NCBI RefSeq assembly: GCF_018420025.1
Contig: NZ_JAEDAM010000061.1
Location: 1-7,624, forward strand
Origin: Candidatus Vampirococcus lugosii
Lineage (GTDB): Bacteria > Patescibacteriota > Gracilibacteria > Absconditabacterales > Absconditicoccaceae
DNA: 7,624 nt
Direction: 5' to 3'
Below the pieces are notes generated by a model that did no database searches, was not told where the DNA came from, and saw only the letters and a program-made list of their open reading frames with translations. The position numbers were made by a program, and so were the translations under genes. Numbering within the stretch: the first letter of the stretch is position 1; the number at the start of each line of letters is the position of its first letter. Below, in pieces: positions 6,167-7,624 of the stretch.

Positions 6167-7624
6167 TTATGGTTCAAATGTTTCTGGATCTTTGTCTTCT
6201 TGGATTTTTCATTCGTAGTAGACATTATATTTATCTTTTGTATAGTCACTATCTTCTTTAAAAATTTCAAATGTTTCTGGATCTGATCATTTTATCTTTT
6301 CTCATCTAAAATAAACATTATTTTTATCTCTTGAATATCTAGTACCTTTAAAAACTTCAAAAGTATCAGGATCTGAATCTTTTATTGGTTTATTCTCAAA
6401 ATAGATATAATTTTGATCAATACCATAATCTCAATCTATATGTTCAAATTCTCTTGGATCTGTCCATACTGTAGAGTATCATTCTTGCACATATTCTGGA
6501 TCTTCATTCCACGATATTTTTAATACATTTTCTTTATAATACATCATTCAATCATATGAATAATAATTTCATCAAAAGCTTTCATAGTTTTCTGGATCTT
6601 TGTCTTCTTGGATTTCTCACCTATGATACACATTATTTTTATCTTTTGCATATCATTCATAAAGATATCAAAATGTATCCGGATCTGCTCATTCTATCTT
6701 TTCTCATCTAAAATAAACATTATTTTTATCTCTTGAATATCTAGTACCTTTAAAAATTTCAAAACTACCAGCATCTAATCAATCTAGTATTTCTCAATAT
6801 TTGTAAACATAATTTTTATCTTTTGCATATCTGTTTTCATAGCCTCAAATATCAACAGGATGATATTCTAAAATTTCAAAAGTATCTGGATGTGCTAAAT
6901 CTATCTTTACTCACCAATAATAAACATAATTTTTATCTTTTGAATAAGCTGTATTTCTTTGAAAAACTTTAAAATATTTTCACTCTACTTTATTAAGTTT
7001 TTCACAACCCAAATAAACATTATTATTTATAATTAAATAAAAACTTCTATATGCTTTTATTATATCAATATTATTTTCATCTAAAGTATTTAATTTTTTT
7101 AATAATTCTCATCTACAGTAGATATTATTTTTTTTCTTATACACTTCTAATCCAAAATCATCATCTCATAATATTGTAAAAGTATTAGGATTTATATTTT
7201 TTTTAATATTTCATTTATATACATTGTTTTTATCTCTTGCATATCTCCAGCTTTCCTGATATACTTCAAAAGTATTTGGATCTGCTCATTCTATTTTTTC
7301 TCAATTAAAATAAACAAAATTATCTTCTATATGATAATTACTTCCCAATTCTTCATACAATATAGAAACTTTTTCTGAACTTATATTTTCTATTTTATCT
7401 CATTTTACTTTTGAAACTACTTCATATTTTTCTTTTGTCTTATCCTCAAATTCTAGTATTACATTAAAATTATATTTATCATCATCTTTTCTAATATTTT
7501 TAACTTCTGTTGATTCTAATTCTTTATACCAAGATTTAAAAGTTTCCAAATCAATATTTGAATTTAATCTCATTTCAAATGCTTTTTTCAATTCTCATTT
7601 TTCCATTAAATTATAATATTCTTT
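6167..7624 (-). CDS. DKNYY-family repeat protein with about 10-11 DKNYY-type repeats. The 5' end is probably beyond the right edge of the window; an internal ATG at 7604-7606 is an alternative start.
   Basis: The stop is TAA 6167-6169, and the frame is open to position 7624 when TGA is sense (about 25 in-frame TGA). It includes track ORF 7400..7591.

Repeats of the form xDPxTFEvxxxxYxKDKNNVYxx[TGA]xxIx[TGA] include:
- YARDKNNVYKG
- YSKDKNYVYYWG
- YAKDKNYVYKYG
- YSRDKNNVYFRGEKIEGADPDTF
- YAKDKNNVYHRG
- YTKDKYNVYYEG. Confidence 0.8.
6181..6207. repeat. Copy A of a perfect 27-nt direct repeat, part of the same ~400-nt intragenic duplication
   Basis: tttctggatctttgtcttcttggattt occurs at 6181-6207 and again at 6589-6615 (offset 408 nt). 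On the minus strand it encodes IQEDKDPE. Confidence 0.85.
6293..6354. repeat. Copy A of a perfect 62-nt direct repeat lying inside the DKNYY gene
   Basis: The sequence tatcttttctcatctaaaataaacattatttttatctcttgaatatctagtacctttaaaaa is identical at 6293-6354 and 6695-6756. I checked it base by base. On the minus strand it encodes FKGTRYSRDKNNVYFRGEKI. Confidence 0.9.
6589..6615. repeat. Copy B of the perfect 27-nt direct repeat
   Basis: It is identical to 6181-6207. Confidence 0.85.
6695..6756. repeat. Copy B of the perfect 62-nt direct repeat, offset 402 nt from copy A
   Basis: It is identical to 6293-6354. The flanks 6679-6694 and 6277-6292 are near-identical, with a few mismatches. Confidence 0.9.

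Noticed and set aside
6181-6766. Direct repeats considered as a CRISPR array or as mobile-element termini
   Set aside because: There are only two copies of each, ~400 nt apart. They are in frame inside a repeat-protein gene and encode the DKNYY consensus. There is no regular repeat-spacer periodicity and no transposase.
1-7624. Translation table 4 (TGA=Trp, Mycoplasma/Spiroplasma-like), which the low G+C initially suggests
   Set aside because: TGA falls on invariant Gly columns (HWG, YSLGNF, NNHxxDxG, lipobox -1, the DKNYY G positions), while conserved Trp are TGG. Reading TGA as Trp would give ~5-6% Trp and runs such as WWWWLWW.
1-7624. The region as decayed pseudogenes or non-coding DNA, to explain the shattered standard-code ORFs
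   Set aside because: With one exception, the interruptions are of a single codon type (TGA). There are no frameshifts, family motifs are intact across the junctions, and each gene ends cleanly at TAA. Random decay would produce all three stops plus indels.

Overview
This is a very AT-rich window, roughly a quarter G+C by spot counts. The standard-code ORF track is shattered (longest ORF 130 aa), yet the minus strand is clearly coding. Every interruption of the minus-strand frames is TGA, apart from one TAA.

Reading TGA as sense fuses the fragments into four long, co-directional minus-strand genes covering about 98% of the window:
- (1) <1..1452: an orphan single-pass membrane protein.
- (2) 1558..3363: a signal-anchored Memo-like domain fused to a CapA/PGA_cap metallophosphatase domain, interrupted by a single in-frame TAA at 2830-2832.
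- (3) 3354..6137: a ~927-aa DUF3160-family lipoprotein.
- (4) 6167..>7624: a DKNYY-repeat protein.

Where TGA falls inside family-conserved motifs, the expected residue is glycine. Examples are HWG, YSLGNF and NNHxxDxG in CapA, the lipobox L-N-G-C, and the DKNYY 'VYxxGxxIxGxDP' motif. Conserved tryptophans are still encoded by TGG. The window is therefore best read with translation table 25 (UGA=Gly), the code of Candidatus Gracilibacteria (BD1-5) and Absconditabacteria (SR1), not table 4 or 11.

I found no rRNA, tRNA, CRISPR array or mobile element. All translations were done by hand from the sequence. Family assignments rest on recalled motifs, not on a database search.
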